Assembly: GCA_963666425.2 (NCBI GenBank)
Contig: OY762825.2
Location: 2,752,001-2,816,000, forward strand
Direction of reading: 5' to 3'
Length of the DNA: 64,000 bases
Source of the DNA: Bacillota bacterium
GTDB taxonomy: Bacteria; Bacillota; JAAYKD01
Shown here: in pieces, positions 27,524 through 36,063 of the stretch
Layout of the letters: each line of letters starts with the position of its first letter
Position numbering within the stretch: position 1 is the first letter of the stretch
Made by a program: the position numbers and the translations under genes
The notes under the pieces: model-generated
Seen by the model: only the letters and a program-made list of their open reading frames with translations
Database searches by the model: none
What the model was told of the DNA's origin: nothing

Positions 27524-27599
27524 GCGGAAATAGCTCAATTGGTAGAGCGCCACCTTGCCAAGGTGGAGGTTGCGGGTCCGAGTCCCGTTTTCCGCTCCA
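27524..27599 (+). tRNA. tRNA-Gly(GCC), copy 2
   Basis: Identical to the gene at 27257-27332. Confidence 0.95.
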
Positions 27600-27605
27600 A
27601 ACAAT

Positions 27606-27682
27606 GGGGGCGTAGCTCAGCTGGTATGAGCGCTACCTTGACACGGTAGAGGTCACGTGTTCGAACCACGTCGTCCCCACCA
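27606..27682 (+). tRNA. tRNA-Val(GAC)
   Basis: Anticodon arm CTACC-TTGACAC-GGTAG; encoded CCA. Confidence 0.95.
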
Positions 27683-27728
27683 TTGTTGATTCCGGAGCTG
27701 TCCTGAACAGCTCTTTCTTTTATCGCTT

Positions 27729-27805
27729 CGGGGCGTAGCGCAGCTTGGTAGCGCGTTTGGTTCGGGACCAAAAGGCCGGAGGTTCGAATCCTCTCGCCCC
27801 GACCA
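27729..27805 (+). tRNA. tRNA-Pro(CGG)
   Basis: Anticodon arm TTTGG-TTCGGGA-CCAAA; C1-G72; encoded CCA. Confidence 0.95.
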
Positions 27806-27873
27806 CTGGAAAATGATACGATTTTGGTTTTGGCAGGGCGGTTTCGCTTTGCAGTGCGCTGAATTCGTAGAAG

Positions 27874-27916
27874 AAAAGAGCGACTAAGATACAAGTGTAT
27901 CTTGGTCGCTTTTCTT
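27874..27916 (+). terminator. Terminator of the tRNA operon
   Basis: AGCGACTAAGATAC...GTATCTTGGTCGCT followed by TTTCTT. Confidence 0.85.
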
Positions 27917-28122
27917 ATGTACCTATTTTAATTTTTATGATGAGATGATATGAATTGATAAAATGAAGGGATCATCTCTTGCAAACTGGTTGTCAATAGA
28001 GTAAAATTAATCTAATGAGATTTCTTCTGAAGTTATTCATGGATGTTGGTGATCTGCCTGTCATGATAAATGCAAATATCCTCAGGATATTTACAGATAC
28101 AAGAAGCGAAAGGAGTATGATC

Positions 28123-29637
28123 ATGAGCGACCACAAGAAACTTACAAACGAAGTCGGTGCCCCTGTTGCAGACAATGAAAACTCTATCACTGCCGGTCCC
28201 CGCGGTCCTGTTGTCATGCAGGATGTGTGGCTGATGGAAAAAATGGCTCACTTCAACCGCGAGGTCATCCCCGAACGCCGTATGCATGCCAAAGGCTGGG
28301 GTGCTTACGGCAAGCTTACCATAACCCATGATATCTCGCGGTATACTAAGGCGAAAGTTCTTCAACCCGGAGCACAAACAGAGTTATTTCTTCGTTTCTC
28401 CACTGTTGCGGGTGAACGCGGTGCTGCCGATGCAGAACGTGACATCCGCGGCGTTGCCATCAAGTTTTATACCGAAGAAGGCAACTGGGATTTGGTTGGC
28501 AACAACACTCCGACCTTCTTTATCCGCGATGTGCATAATTTCTCCGATTTAAACCGCGCCGTCAAACGCGATCCGCGTACTGGCCGCCGCTCCGCTCAGA
28601 ACAACTGGGATTTCTGGACGCTGTTGCCTGAATGCTTCCATCAGATTACAATCGTCATGAGTGATCGGGGTATTCCTGCCTCCTTCCGCAACATGCACTT
28701 GTTTGGTGAACACACCTTTTCTTTCTATAACGAGAAAAATGAGCGCGTCTGGTGTAAATTCCACTTCAAAACCCAACAGGGTATCAGGAATCTTTCCAAT
28801 GAAGAAGCCGCGAAGATCAACGGCATGGACCGCGAATATCATGGTAAGGATCTTTATGATTCCATCGAACGTGGTGATTTCCCCAAATGGACGATGTATG
28901 TTCAGATTATGAGCGAAGAACAAGCAAAAAATCACTATGAGAATCCTTTTGACATTACGAAGGTTTGGCGTCATGCCGAATACCCCCTCATTGAGGTCGG
29001 AGTGTTGGAACTCAATCGGAATCCCGAAAACTTCTTCGCAGAGGTAGAACAGGCAGCTTTTACTCCTGCTCACGTAGTCCCTGGCATTGGTTTTAGCCCG
29101 GATCGCTTCTTGCAGGGCAGACTGTTCTCCTATGGTGATGCGCAGCGCTATCGTCTTGGCGTCAATCACAATCTCATTCCGGTGAATCGTGCCAAAGTCG
29201 AGGTTAATGAATACCATCGCGATGGTGCCATGCGCGTGGATGGCAATTATGGCAGCACGCCGGCTTATAGCCCGAACAGTTACGGTGCTTGGACTGCTCA
29301 ACCCGAAGTGATGGAACCACCGCTGGATTTGGAGGGAGCTATCTACCGTTATGACCCAAAAGATGACCCAACAGACGACTGTTTTCGCGCAGGTGGTAAT
29401 TTGTGGCGTGTATTGACTGAAGAAAAGAAGCAGTTATTGATTGAAAATACTGCGGCTGATATCGCATCCGTGACGGAGAATATTAAGTACCGTCATGCGG
29501 TTCACTGCTATCTCGCCGACCAGGAATACGGCAAGCGCTTTACAAAAGCGGTTGGGCTTTGCCTGGATAAGGTAAAGATGCTGTCTAAACTAGACAATCA
29601 TGGCTTAATCCAGGCAACCCTACCTGATTCTATGTAA
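28123..29637 (+). CDS. katA: Monofunctional heme catalase (small subunit)
   Basis: [16 protein letters not shown] active-site motif; [10 protein letters not shown]; WDLVGNNTP; proximal [12 protein letters not shown]; AAAGGAG RBS before the ATG at 28123. Confidence 0.97.
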   Translation: MSDHKKLTNEVGAPVADNENSITAGPRGPVVMQDVWLMEKMAHFNREVIPERRMHAKGWGAYGKLTITHDISRYTKAKVLQPGAQTELFLRFSTVAGERGAADAERDIRGVAIKFYTEEGNWDLVGNNTPTFFIRDVHNFSDLNRAVKRDPRTGRRSAQNNWDFWTLLPECFHQITIVMSDRGIPASFRNMHLFGEHTFSFYNEKNERVWCKFHFKTQQGIRNLSNEEAAKINGMDREYHGKDLYDSIERGDFPKWTMYVQIMSEEQAKNHYENPFDITKVWRHAEYPLIEVGVLELNRNPENFFAEVEQAAFTPAHVVPGIGFSPDRFLQGRLFSYGDAQRYRLGVNHNLIPVNRAKVEVNEYHRDGAMRVDGNYGSTPAYSPNSYGAWTAQPEVMEPPLDLEGAIYRYDPKDDPTDDCFRAGGNLWRVLTEEKKQLLIENTAADIASVTENIKYRHAVHCYLADQEYGKRFTKAVGLCLDKVKMLSKLDNHGLIQATLPDSM

Positions 29638-29744
29638 ATTCGAAAGCCATTAGGGAGAATTTTCAATTACAGAGGATCGAAACGCCAAGTTGAATTTTTG
29701 TCAGCGAATTGCAGGGGAAGTCAATTGAACTGAGTTGAGAACAA

Positions 29745-29785
29745 GAGAGCTGCTGCATCGAACGATACAACAGCTCTCGGTTTTT
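29745..29785. terminator. Terminator-like hairpin between katA and corA
   Basis: GAGAGCTG...CAGCTCTC stem followed by T5. Confidence 0.65.
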
Positions 29786-30705
29786 CAGATATACTTTTTC
29801 TTTTTAAAGATCCAGAGACAGAGCAGAACCGTCAGCACACTGATCAGAATCACCGAAGGATAACCGTATTGCCAGTGCAGTTCCGGCATATGTACAAAAT
29901 TCATACCATACCAGCCGACGATAAAGGTCAGCGGGGTGAAAATCGAAGTGATAATGGTGAAAACAGTCATAATATTGTTCTGCCGCAGTTCGATGGTGGA
30001 GCGATAGACTTCCCGGATCTGCATAGAATATTCCCGGATGCTCTGGGTATTGTTCTTCAGCCGCTCGGTGCGTTCCGCAAACAAACGGAAGAGATACAAG
30101 CGGTTGACCTGAAAACAGTTATTTTCGTTGTTGTGAAAGGCATGGGCAATTTCGATAATCTGGGTGTAACAATTCAATAAGGTGAGCAATTCTTTATGGC
30201 AGATGATCATTTTCTCGTTGAAGTTTTCCAGATTGCCGGCCAAGATGGCATCTTCCAGATCTGAGATGCGTTCCTCCAGGTCTTCTAAAACATCGATGTC
30301 ATCACCGGTCAGATCGTCGAAAAAATCAAACAGGAAGCGTTCAGGAGAAGCCTGCCGCCAATTTTTCGATTCGACCATACATTGCAGCAGAGGCAGCACG
30401 GTGTTTTTATTATCAACAAAGACGATCCTGCCGGGTTTGATATAATAGATGAATTTTTTATCATCTTCTGTGTCAGACAGATTCGGCATGAGAAAGGTAC
30501 CGAGATAATAATCAAAATGAGATTCGACTTTGGTCAAGCGGATGCTGTCAAAATCAACCTCACGCGGTTCTGCAAAACCACATGCTGTTTTGTAAAGAGA
30601 AAATTCCCGGGAATCCATCAACAAGATATATTTTTCTGGCCAGACAGACAGATCGGCTGTCTCCATCGGGATGAGGTAGTTTTCACCATATCCGTATAAC
30701 TGCAT
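29785..30705 (-). CDS. corA: CorA-family Mg2+/Co2+ transporter
   Basis: C-terminal two TM helices with PLTFIVGWYGMNF and MPEL motifs. Confidence 0.93.
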   Translation of the reverse strand: MQLYGYGENYLIPMETADLSVWPEKYILLMDSREFSLYKTACGFAEPREVDFDSIRLTKVESHFDYYLGTFLMPNLSDTEDDKKFIYYIKPGRIVFVDNKNTVLPLLQCMVESKNWRQASPERFLFDFFDDLTGDDIDVLEDLEERISDLEDAILAGNLENFNEKMIICHKELLTLLNCYTQIIEIAHAFHNNENNCFQVNRLYLFRLFAERTERLKNNTQSIREYSMQIREVYRSTIELRQNNIMTVFTIITSIFTPLTFIVGWYGMNFVHMPELHWQYGYPSVILISVLTVLLCLWIFKKKKYI

Positions 30706-30931
30706 GCCTCTTCACTACTTTCCGGCTTTTTTTTGAGTATACCACAGAAGAAAATAGAAACACAAGAGAAAAAGACAAAAAGCTGCCGATTTTGCGTAGG
30801 GTAGATTGTCAAACGCTGCGGATAAGCCAACAGGACAATTGTTTTACAACTGAGAAGAAATTGTATGTCTCCTAAACAATCCAGCAGAGATCGTTTTTTT
30901 GGCGGAACTGGATTTTTCTCTGTGGCTCCTC

Positions 30932-30960
30932 TTGATTTTCAGATTGACTCATGCTATACT
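30932..30960 (+). promoter_or_regulatory. Sigma-A promoter for tRNA-Thr
   Basis: TTGATT-N17-TATACT with TG extension. Confidence 0.7.
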
Positions 30961-31000
30961 ATCTCCCGTTGCAAGGCTTGCCAGACTCCTCGGCAGATAT

Positions 31001-31076
<76 letters not shown>

Positions 31077-31079
31077 AAT

Positions 31080-31117
31080 AAAAAACGGATTGATTGGCTG
31101 CAATCAATCCGTTTTTT
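31080..31117 (+). terminator. Rho-independent terminator
   Basis: AAAAAACGGATTGATTG...CAATCAATCCGTTTTTT. Confidence 0.88.
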
Positions 31118-31248
31118 CTATCGGTTCCGTTGTCAGTAATGCAGAGAGAGTCAGCAGGGCATTTTGACTTGCGGCAAGGAAAATACTGGTAATGCTGCTC
31201 GAAATATGATATAATAAAGTAACCTTTTCTATGGGGAGGAAGAGCTAA

Positions 31249-31767
31249 TTGCAAAAAAAGAAAGTGATTGTTCTGCCTTATGATCCAAACTGGCCCAACG
31301 AATTCGAAAAAATCAAATCGGAACTAGCAGCTGCCTTGCCGCTGCCCAATCTGCGGATCGAACATGTCGGTAGCACATCGGTGCCGGGTTTAGCGGCAAA
31401 ACCGGTGATTGATCTCGACTTGATTATCGAAGACGATCTGTTTCGCGAAATCAAACAAAGACTGCTGGCGGCCGGCTATACCCATGAAGGAGATCTTGGC
31501 ATACCAGGCCGGGAAGCATTTAAATACAGCGGAAAGCCGCGTCTGATGAAGCATCATCTCTACGTTTGTGGCAAGAGCAGTCAAGAATGGCAAAGGCACC
31601 TTGCTTTTCGGGATTGGCTGAAGAACCACGCGGACGATCGGGACTGGTATGCGCGAACAAAACTGGAAGCGGCTTCGCTTTATCCGGAAGATATTGACGC
31701 TTATATTTTATATAAGACGCCCTGCATTTTTACAATCTACCAAAAATGTGGTCTGCTGACCAAGTGA
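31249..31767 (+). CDS. GrpB (UPF0157) family protein
   Basis: YDPNWP, IEHVGSTSVPGLAAKPVIDL, HHLYVC, HLAFRDWL. Confidence 0.93.
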   Translation: MQKKKVIVLPYDPNWPNEFEKIKSELAAALPLPNLRIEHVGSTSVPGLAAKPVIDLDLIIEDDLFREIKQRLLAAGYTHEGDLGIPGREAFKYSGKPRLMKHHLYVCGKSSQEWQRHLAFRDWLKNHADDRDWYARTKLEAASLYPEDIDAYILYKTPCIFTIYQKCGLLTK

Positions 31768-31808
31768 AAATGCAGCACGATTTAAAATCAAGGGAGGTTT
31801 AGAGCAAA

Positions 31809-33317
31809 ATGGAAGAAAGACTGGCTGAAAAGCTGGAAGCATTATGCCGGGATTGGCAGATTTCCGGTGAAGTTTGTCTGACCTATCAAAATGAAATAGT
31901 CTATAACCAGGTCTTTGGTATGGCTGATCGGGAAAATCAGATTCCCTTTGCTTTTGAGACCAACTGCTATCTTGCTTCGGTAACCAAACAGTTTACGGCA
32001 GTCTGTATCATGTTGCTTTATGAGCAGAAAGCCGTAAAATTGAATGATACCTTGGCACCGTATATCCCGGAATACAGTCACGCCGCGGAAATCACCATCC
32101 GGCAGCTGCTCAATATGACGAGCGGAATTGTCGATTATCAAAATGACCTGCTGATGGATCGCGTCATCGCCGAAAAGAGCAGTACATCTTTATCGGAAAG
32201 GGATTTCTTCGTTTATCGGGAACGCTTTCTGGCAGCTCCGCCGCAGTGTGCCTTTGCGGATATTCTGCAAATGGTCAATGATCTGCCACTGAAGGCCGTG
32301 CCGGGTAAGGATGTGCAGTACTGCAATACCAATTATGTTTTTTTAAGTGAAATCGTCGCCCGGGTCAGCGGTATGCCGATCCAAGAGTTTATGGACAAGC
32401 ACATTTTTCAGCCGTTAGCGATGTCGCATACAGTGTTTGGCGCCAGTCGCTCAGAAGCCGCCAGCTATCTGAAATTCCAGGGAGAACGCTTGCCGCTTGG
32501 CCGCTCGACTTTTGCCAGCGGAGACGGCGCCATTTGTTCGACAGCGGAAGATCTGTCGCTTTGGCTGCGAGCCATCTTGCGCAAAGAATTACTGCAAAAA
32601 GCCAGCTGGAAACAAATATTCAAGATGTTCAAAGGCGAATATGGTTTCGGCTGGCGGCAAATCGGCCCTTGGTATCATCATGGCGGCGTAGATCTTGGTT
32701 ATCGCAGCTATGTCTTGCTCAATTTTGAAAAACAGCTTTCGATTGCCGTTGTGCTCAACGAGGAACCGGAAGAAAGAAGCGAAGAGGAAGAAGTTACCTT
32801 TATTAAAAAGCTGCGCCAAGTGGTTTACGCCTACTACAGTTATCCCGAAAAATTGCGTTTGGCTCGCTTTTGCGAGGCGAATCTGCGGGAATGCCTGGAG
32901 CTGAAGGTAAGCCGGGAGCAAAGGCAATTCGTAGCGCCGAATACTCGTTCGATTGCCCAGGCTTACGCCGACAAGAAATTAGCCAGACCGTTTGTTTTAA
33001 TGGACGGTAAAAACAGCGTTGGTTTTGTTATGTTTGCCATTGTTAAAAAGCAAGGAATTTATTATATCTGGCGCTTCATGATCGATCGCCACTACCAAGG
33101 CAAAGGCTATGGCAAAGCAGCCATGCGGCTCTGTCTTGATTATCTGAAAAAAGCAGGCGCTCAGCGGGTGATCTTATCGGTAGAACTGGAAAATGAAGTT
33201 GCGCAGAAGTTATACCGCAGTTACGGTTTTTTGCCGACCGGCGGACGCAGCGACGGTGAAATCGAAATGGCGATGCAATGGCCTGACACTGCAGCAACAG
33301 CAGCAAGACCGCTGTAA
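31809..33317 (+). CDS. Serine hydrolase (beta-lactamase class C-like) fused to a C-terminal GNAT acetyltransferase
   Basis: SxxK (ASVTK), LLNMTSG, YxN (YCN), HGG; then IWRFMIDRHYQGKGYG acetyl-CoA motif and LYRSYGF. Confidence 0.9.
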   Translation: MEERLAEKLEALCRDWQISGEVCLTYQNEIVYNQVFGMADRENQIPFAFETNCYLASVTKQFTAVCIMLLYEQKAVKLNDTLAPYIPEYSHAAEITIRQLLNMTSGIVDYQNDLLMDRVIAEKSSTSLSERDFFVYRERFLAAPPQCAFADILQMVNDLPLKAVPGKDVQYCNTNYVFLSEIVARVSGMPIQEFMDKHIFQPLAMSHTVFGASRSEAASYLKFQGERLPLGRSTFASGDGAICSTAEDLSLWLRAILRKELLQKASWKQIFKMFKGEYGFGWRQIGPWYHHGGVDLGYRSYVLLNFEKQLSIAVVLNEEPEERSEEEEVTFIKKLRQVVYAYYSYPEKLRLARFCEANLRECLELKVSREQRQFVAPNTRSIAQAYADKKLARPFVLMDGKNSVGFVMFAIVKKQGIYYIWRFMIDRHYQGKGYGKAAMRLCLDYLKKAGAQRVILSVELENEVAQKLYRSYGFLPTGGRSDGEIEMAMQWPDTAATAARPL

Positions 33318-33350
33318 ACCGGCGATGCAAATCGCAGAGAAAGAGGAAGA

Positions 33351-33812
33351 ATGGAAAAACAACAAAAAAGAATAGCCAAAAAAGTGCGTTTGGTTTCCCT
33401 CACACCGGAGAATCTCAAGCAATGTCTTGCCCTGGAAGTAAACCCGGAACAAGAGTATTATGTAGCCTCCAATCAGCAATCTCTGGCAAAAGCTTCGGTG
33501 CATAAAACCGCCAGACCTTTTCTGATTATGGATGGTGAAACCGCTGTGGGTTTTGTGATGTTCAATGTAAAAAAAGAGAAAGACTATTATGAGATTTGGC
33601 GCTTCATGATTGATCAGGCCTACCAGGGCTGCGGCTATGGCAAGGCTGCCATGCGTCTCTGTATGGGTTATCTGAAGGCTGCCGGCGGCAATCGAGCTGT
33701 TCTGACTTGCATCGGTGATAATGAACCGGCTAAGTCGTTATACCGCAGCTATGGCTTTGTGCCAATCGCGCAAGGCGGCGATGAGATCGATATGGCCGCC
33801 GATCTCATTTGA
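33351..33812 (+). CDS. GNAT N-acetyltransferase (BltD / diamine acetyltransferase-like)
   Basis: IWRFMIDQAYQGCGYG and NEPAKSLYRSYGF. Confidence 0.9.
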   Translation: MEKQQKRIAKKVRLVSLTPENLKQCLALEVNPEQEYYVASNQQSLAKASVHKTARPFLIMDGETAVGFVMFNVKKEKDYYEIWRFMIDQAYQGCGYGKAAMRLCMGYLKAAGGNRAVLTCIGDNEPAKSLYRSYGFVPIAQGGDEIDMAADLI

Positions 33813-33825
33813 GTCAACAGTACAT

Positions 33826-33860
33826 AAAAAACCCCGGTACTAAACCGGGGATTTTTATTT
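33826..33860. terminator. Bidirectional terminator
   Basis: AAAAAACCCCGGT...ACCGGGGATTTTT between the convergent GNAT and rpmB genes. Confidence 0.8.
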
Positions 33861-33876
33861 TCAAAACTGGATTTAA

Positions 33877-34068
33877 TTAGAGCGCTCTTTGCACTTTGCC
33901 GGAACGGATACAACGGGTACAAACTTGCATACGTTTAGGAGTTCCTCCTACGATCGCATGCACAGTTTGCAGGTTTGGCGCAATCGTTTTATGATTCCGA
34001 TTACCACGTTTACTGACATTATTGCCCGTGGTCATGCCCTTACCGCAAATTTCACATACTCGTGCCAT
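33877..34068 (-). CDS. rpmB: 50S ribosomal protein L28 (zinc-binding form)
   Basis: MARVCEICGKG...GNNVS...PNLQ...VCTRCIRSGKV; AAGGAGGT RBS. Confidence 0.97.
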   Translation of the reverse strand: MARVCEICGKGMTTGNNVSKRGNRNHKTIAPNLQTVHAIVGGTPKRMQVCTRCIRSGKVQRAL

Positions 34069-34318
34069 GGTTCCACCTCCTTTGGTGTTGCCAAGTGTTG
34101 AACAGACCTAGTTTAACATAGATTGAAGGAGTTGACAAGCTGTGCTTAGAATAATTTTAAATAATTCTCTTTTCATTTTATGAAATACAGTGTAGAATAG
34201 GGTTGAGCCATTCTATTGGGCAGCCTTGTTCAAAAAGCAAGTGGCAGCAGATCCATTACAATGAAATTCATACAGTCAATTACTGAACATATGCATAGTA
34301 GAAACGGAGGAGATTCAT

Positions 34319-35992
34319 TTGGCAGAAGAGCTAACGAAAGATTTCCTGGATGCTGACGATATGTGCAGGATGTTTTTTGCCGCGGCCAATCAATTATTGA
34401 AGCAACGGGATCAAATCAACGCATTGAATGTTTTCCCGGTTCCGGATGGAGATACCGGTACGAATATGTATCTTACGCTCAAATCATCGGTCGACGAGCT
34501 GTCAGCGATGGATCATTTTACTGTGGGTAAAGTGACAAGCGCGGTCAGTATGGGTGCCTTGATGGGAGCGCGGGGAAATTCAGGCGTTATCTTATCTCAA
34601 CTGTTTCGTGGCTTCGGCCGTCAGATGGACAACAAAGAAAAAATCACCACCGGGGAATATGCCAAAGCGATGCAGGAAGGGGTCAACGCCGCTTATAAAG
34701 CAGTGATGCGTCCGACCGAAGGGACAATTCTCACCGTTGCCAAAGAAGCAGCTAAGGAAGCGTTGGCCAATGCGCGCAGTCATAAAGACTTTGTTTCTTT
34801 TTTTGAATTGATCGTGAAAAAATCAGAAGAAGCGCTGCAGAAAACGCCTTCTCAGCTGCCTGTTTTAAAGCAGGCTGGGGTGGTTGATGCCGGTGGCGCG
34901 GGTTTACTGGCAATCTATCAGGGTTTCCTGCAGGGAATTACCGGTAAAGGAGGGGAGATTGAATTGCCTGTTGAAGAAAAGCCGCAATCCTCATCTCCAA
35001 CCGCCGTTGCCCAGAGTGTCTTGCAGAATTCAGCGGAGATTGAGTTCGGTTACTGTACCGAAATGATCATTCTCGGCGAGAAGATGGATCAGGATCGCTT
35101 GCTTCAGGAGTTGACTCCTTTGGGTGATTCTCTGATGGTGGTTGGAGATCCGAAAATCTTAAAAGTGCATGTACACACCAATCATCCGGGCAAAGCGCTT
35201 GAATTCGCTTTGGCGATGGGCAACTTAAGCCGAGTGAAAGTAGAGAACATGCGGGAACAGCACCATCATCTGCTGCTGCAGAATGAAGAGCAGGCAGCGG
35301 CTGACATAGCGCCTGCCGCGGTGATAGAAACAAAACCGGTCGGCGTTGTTGCGGTGGCAGCCGGCTCTGGTCTGGTTGATATTTTCCACAGTCTTGGCGT
35401 GGATTTTGTGGTAGAAGGCGGCCAAACCATGAACCCCAGCACCGAGGATATTGTCAAAGCCATTGAGCAAGTGCCGGCTGGACAGGTCTTTGTGCTGCCC
35501 AATAACAAAAATATTATTCTCGCTGCCGAACAGGCAGTGGGGCTGACCGAAAAGAAAGTTTATGTCATTCCCACCAAGTCTGTCCCGCAGGGCATTGCAT
35601 CTTTGCTGGCCTTCAGTCCGGAATCGACTGATTATGCGGCGATGCAGCAAGCGATGCTGCAGGCAGCCAAGCACATCCGCACGGGGCAAGTCACACACGC
35701 GGTGCGCAATTCCACGGTACAGGGACAAGTGATTACCGAGGGCGATTATCTGGCACTCTGTGAGGGCGATATTGTTGGCTCGAGTTCTGATATGGAAATT
35801 GTGCTCAAACTGCTGCTGAAATCCCTACTGCGGGATCATCCGGAGATCATCACGATCTATTACGGTGAAGAGGTTAGTCAGGCGGAGGCGGAAGCGCTGC
35901 AAAAGCAGCTGCAGGCAGATTATCCTGATCTGGAAGTAGAATTGTACTTCGGCGGTCAGCCGGTTTACTATTATATCCTATCTGCCGAATAG
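34319..35992 (+). CDS. fakA: Fatty acid kinase catalytic subunit (DAK2 domain, YloV)
   Basis: INALNVFPVPDGDTGTNM, GARGNSGVILSQ, YCTE, VHVHT, GGQTMNPST. Confidence 0.95.
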   Translation: MAEELTKDFLDADDMCRMFFAAANQLLKQRDQINALNVFPVPDGDTGTNMYLTLKSSVDELSAMDHFTVGKVTSAVSMGALMGARGNSGVILSQLFRGFGRQMDNKEKITTGEYAKAMQEGVNAAYKAVMRPTEGTILTVAKEAAKEALANARSHKDFVSFFELIVKKSEEALQKTPSQLPVLKQAGVVDAGGAGLLAIYQGFLQGITGKGGEIELPVEEKPQSSSPTAVAQSVLQNSAEIEFGYCTEMIILGEKMDQDRLLQELTPLGDSLMVVGDPKILKVHVHTNHPGKALEFALAMGNLSRVKVENMREQHHHLLLQNEEQAAADIAPAAVIETKPVGVVAVAAGSGLVDIFHSLGVDFVVEGGQTMNPSTEDIVKAIEQVPAGQVFVLPNNKNIILAAEQAVGLTEKKVYVIPTKSVPQGIASLLAFSPESTDYAAMQQAMLQAAKHIRTGQVTHAVRNSTVQGQVITEGDYLALCEGDIVGSSSDMEIVLKLLLKSLLRDHPEIITIYYGEEVSQAEAEALQKQLQADYPDLEVELYFGGQPVYYYILSAE

Positions 35993-36007
35993 AAGTTTTT
36001 ATGCAAG

Positions 36008-36036
36008 GAGGCCGTGATGGATGCGGCCTCTTTTTT
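36008..36036 (+). terminator. Terminator-like hairpin after fakA
   Basis: GAGGCCG...CGGCCTC followed by T6. Confidence 0.7.
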
Positions 36037-36063
36037 AATGTTACGGTGCAAGGAGATGAAGCA

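Noticed and set aside
27257-27599. Identical 76-bp repeats as attL/attR of an integrated element
   Set aside because: Both are complete tRNA-Gly genes within one operon, separated only by other tRNAs.
27920-28030. PerR or OxyR box upstream of katA
   Set aside because: The region is AT-rich, but I could not find a convincing match to either consensus.
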